NCBI GenBank assembly: GCA_965201075.1
Contig: CBDAVP010000007.1
Location: forward strand, 1-64,000
Length of the DNA stretch: 64,000 bases
DNA from: Isosphaeraceae bacterium
GTDB taxonomy: Bacteria > Planctomycetota > Planctomycetia > Isosphaerales > Isosphaeraceae
Reading direction: 5' to 3'
Each line of letters starts with the position of its first letter. Position 1 is the first letter of the stretch. The position numbers and the translations under genes were made by a program. The notes under the pieces were generated by a model that was given only the letters and a program-made list of their open reading frames with translations, ran no database searches and was not told the DNA's origin. Below, one piece after another: positions 59,330 through 64,000 of the stretch.

Positions 59330-59380
59330 AAACAACCCCGCCCCGCTCACCAGTGGTTGGCGAGCGGGGCGGGGGGATTT
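59330..59380. terminator. Intrinsic terminator between convergent mptG and rRNA operons
   Basis: 13-bp perfect stem CCCCGCCCCGCTC (59336-48)/GAGCGGGGCGGGG (59362-74); TTGTTT follows on the minus strand. Confidence 0.75.
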
Positions 59381-59400
59381 CAGTCGAGGGCATTGGAGGA

Positions 59401-59510
59401 GCCCGGCGATAACCGACTTTCGCGCCAGAGGCACTATCATGGGCCTGGCGGGCTTAACGGCCGTGTTCGGGATGGGAACGGGTGTGGCCCCGCCAGTATG
59501 GTCGCCGGGC
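59401..59510 (-). rRNA. rrf: 5S rRNA (~110 nt)
   Basis: CCCGTTCCCATCCCGAACACGGCCGTTAAGC core; complementary GCCCGGCGA termini. Confidence 0.93.
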
Positions 59511-59733
59511 AAGCGGCCGTCGGGCGGGGGGGCCTCGACGGTCGCGGGGGACGGTTCGGTGGGCGGTGACGTGGAGCCTTGCCGGAGACCGCTCGACATT
59601 CCTGGACCCTTGCGAGCGAGCGATCGTTGCGTCGATCCTCGCATTCAAGGCGGGTTGAATCTTCGATTCGTTGCGGGGGACGGGGCCGGCCCGGTCGTCG
59701 CGGAGTGGGTGTTCCGCGGCGGCGGGTCGGGGT

Positions 59734-62545
<2,812 letters not shown>

Positions 62546-62819
62546 ACGCCGACCCGGCGTCGCCGGTACGTCGTTTCTCGAAAAAAACGACGTCCCCTTG
62601 ACGACCGAACCGGCCCTGGCCACCGCCCCGCCCTGCGACGGCCCGCGGCGTCTCTCGACGCGGCGGCCGCCTGAAGTTCGAGTAACGATCGCTCTCGAAG
62701 GGCCAAAACTATCGGATCAATCTCCCCGCCAGTCTCAACGCGAGGCCCCCATCCCGCCGAGGCGAAACGACGACCCCGCACGATTCTGGCGGAGCATTGC
62801 TCTACGTCACCGTCACCGG

Positions 62820-62831
62820 ATTGTCAAAGAT
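62820..62831 (-). promoter_or_regulatory. boxA-like antitermination motif in 16S-23S spacer
   Basis: ATCTTTGACAAT on the minus strand resembles rrn spacer boxA. Confidence 0.5.
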
Positions 62832-63164
62832 CCCCGTCCACCCACGCCCACGAGCCCCACCCCGAAAGGTCGGCCACGCAGGCGCAAAATGCGAACGGCT
62901 GGCCGCCGGCCAGGGGCTCAGCTCGTCCCCCCTCGCCAAAAAAGCAAAAGGGTCAACGAACCAGGCCCGCACCCGGCGGGTCATCGTTAGGATCGGTCCA
63001 CCATCCGCGGGAGAGGTCCCTCGAAAAACAGCCTGCGAAGCCCTTGGGTCTCGAAAGACTCAGGCGGGCCGATGCGGCCGAAGAGTCTCCGGTGGCAAGC
63101 CACCGAGTGATCTTCGAGCCTGGGGGTCCCGACCCCGAAGGATCGCCGACCCCGAATCATCCTT

Positions 63165-64000
<836 letters not shown>

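Noticed and set aside
62925..62960. TTGACC in the rRNA spacer as an internal 23S promoter
   Set aside because: No -10 hexamer at 16-18 bp spacing

Overview
High-GC planctomycete chromosome segment (Planctomycetota, most likely Isosphaerales, judged from the 16S/23S sequence, the short 5S, an LEDRQLL-type export motif and Uma2/HINT gene content; genus cannot be fixed without a search). 1-36 kb: housekeeping genes (hemE, hemG, acs, rpmF-rpmB, proC, guaA) mixed with planctomycete envelope/secreted proteins (a 1339-aa beta-helix/Ig protein, a tandem pair of helical-repeat paralogs, a HINT-domain protein, an HTTM module, BON/CsbD/CAP proteins). 36.9-59.3 kb: a near-contiguous tetrahydromethanopterin/methylofuran C1-transfer cluster (fhcBAD/fhcC, mch, mptG, orf1/5/7/9/17/19/20/21/22 homologs). 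It contains two pterin-enzyme candidates that are not standard cluster members: a CExxHGH PTPS-I/III and a pteridine-reductase-like SDR with Phe at the catalytic Tyr position. It is interrupted by a coiled-coil NxD-McrB + DUF2357-McrC defence module flanked by a perfect 10-bp direct repeat, and it begins with a DEDDh-exonuclease-WYL gene translationally coupled to mfnB. 59.4-64 kb: minus-strand rRNA operon (partial 16S, tRNA-less spacer, 23S, 5S). All calls rest on motif recognition by eye; no searches were run.
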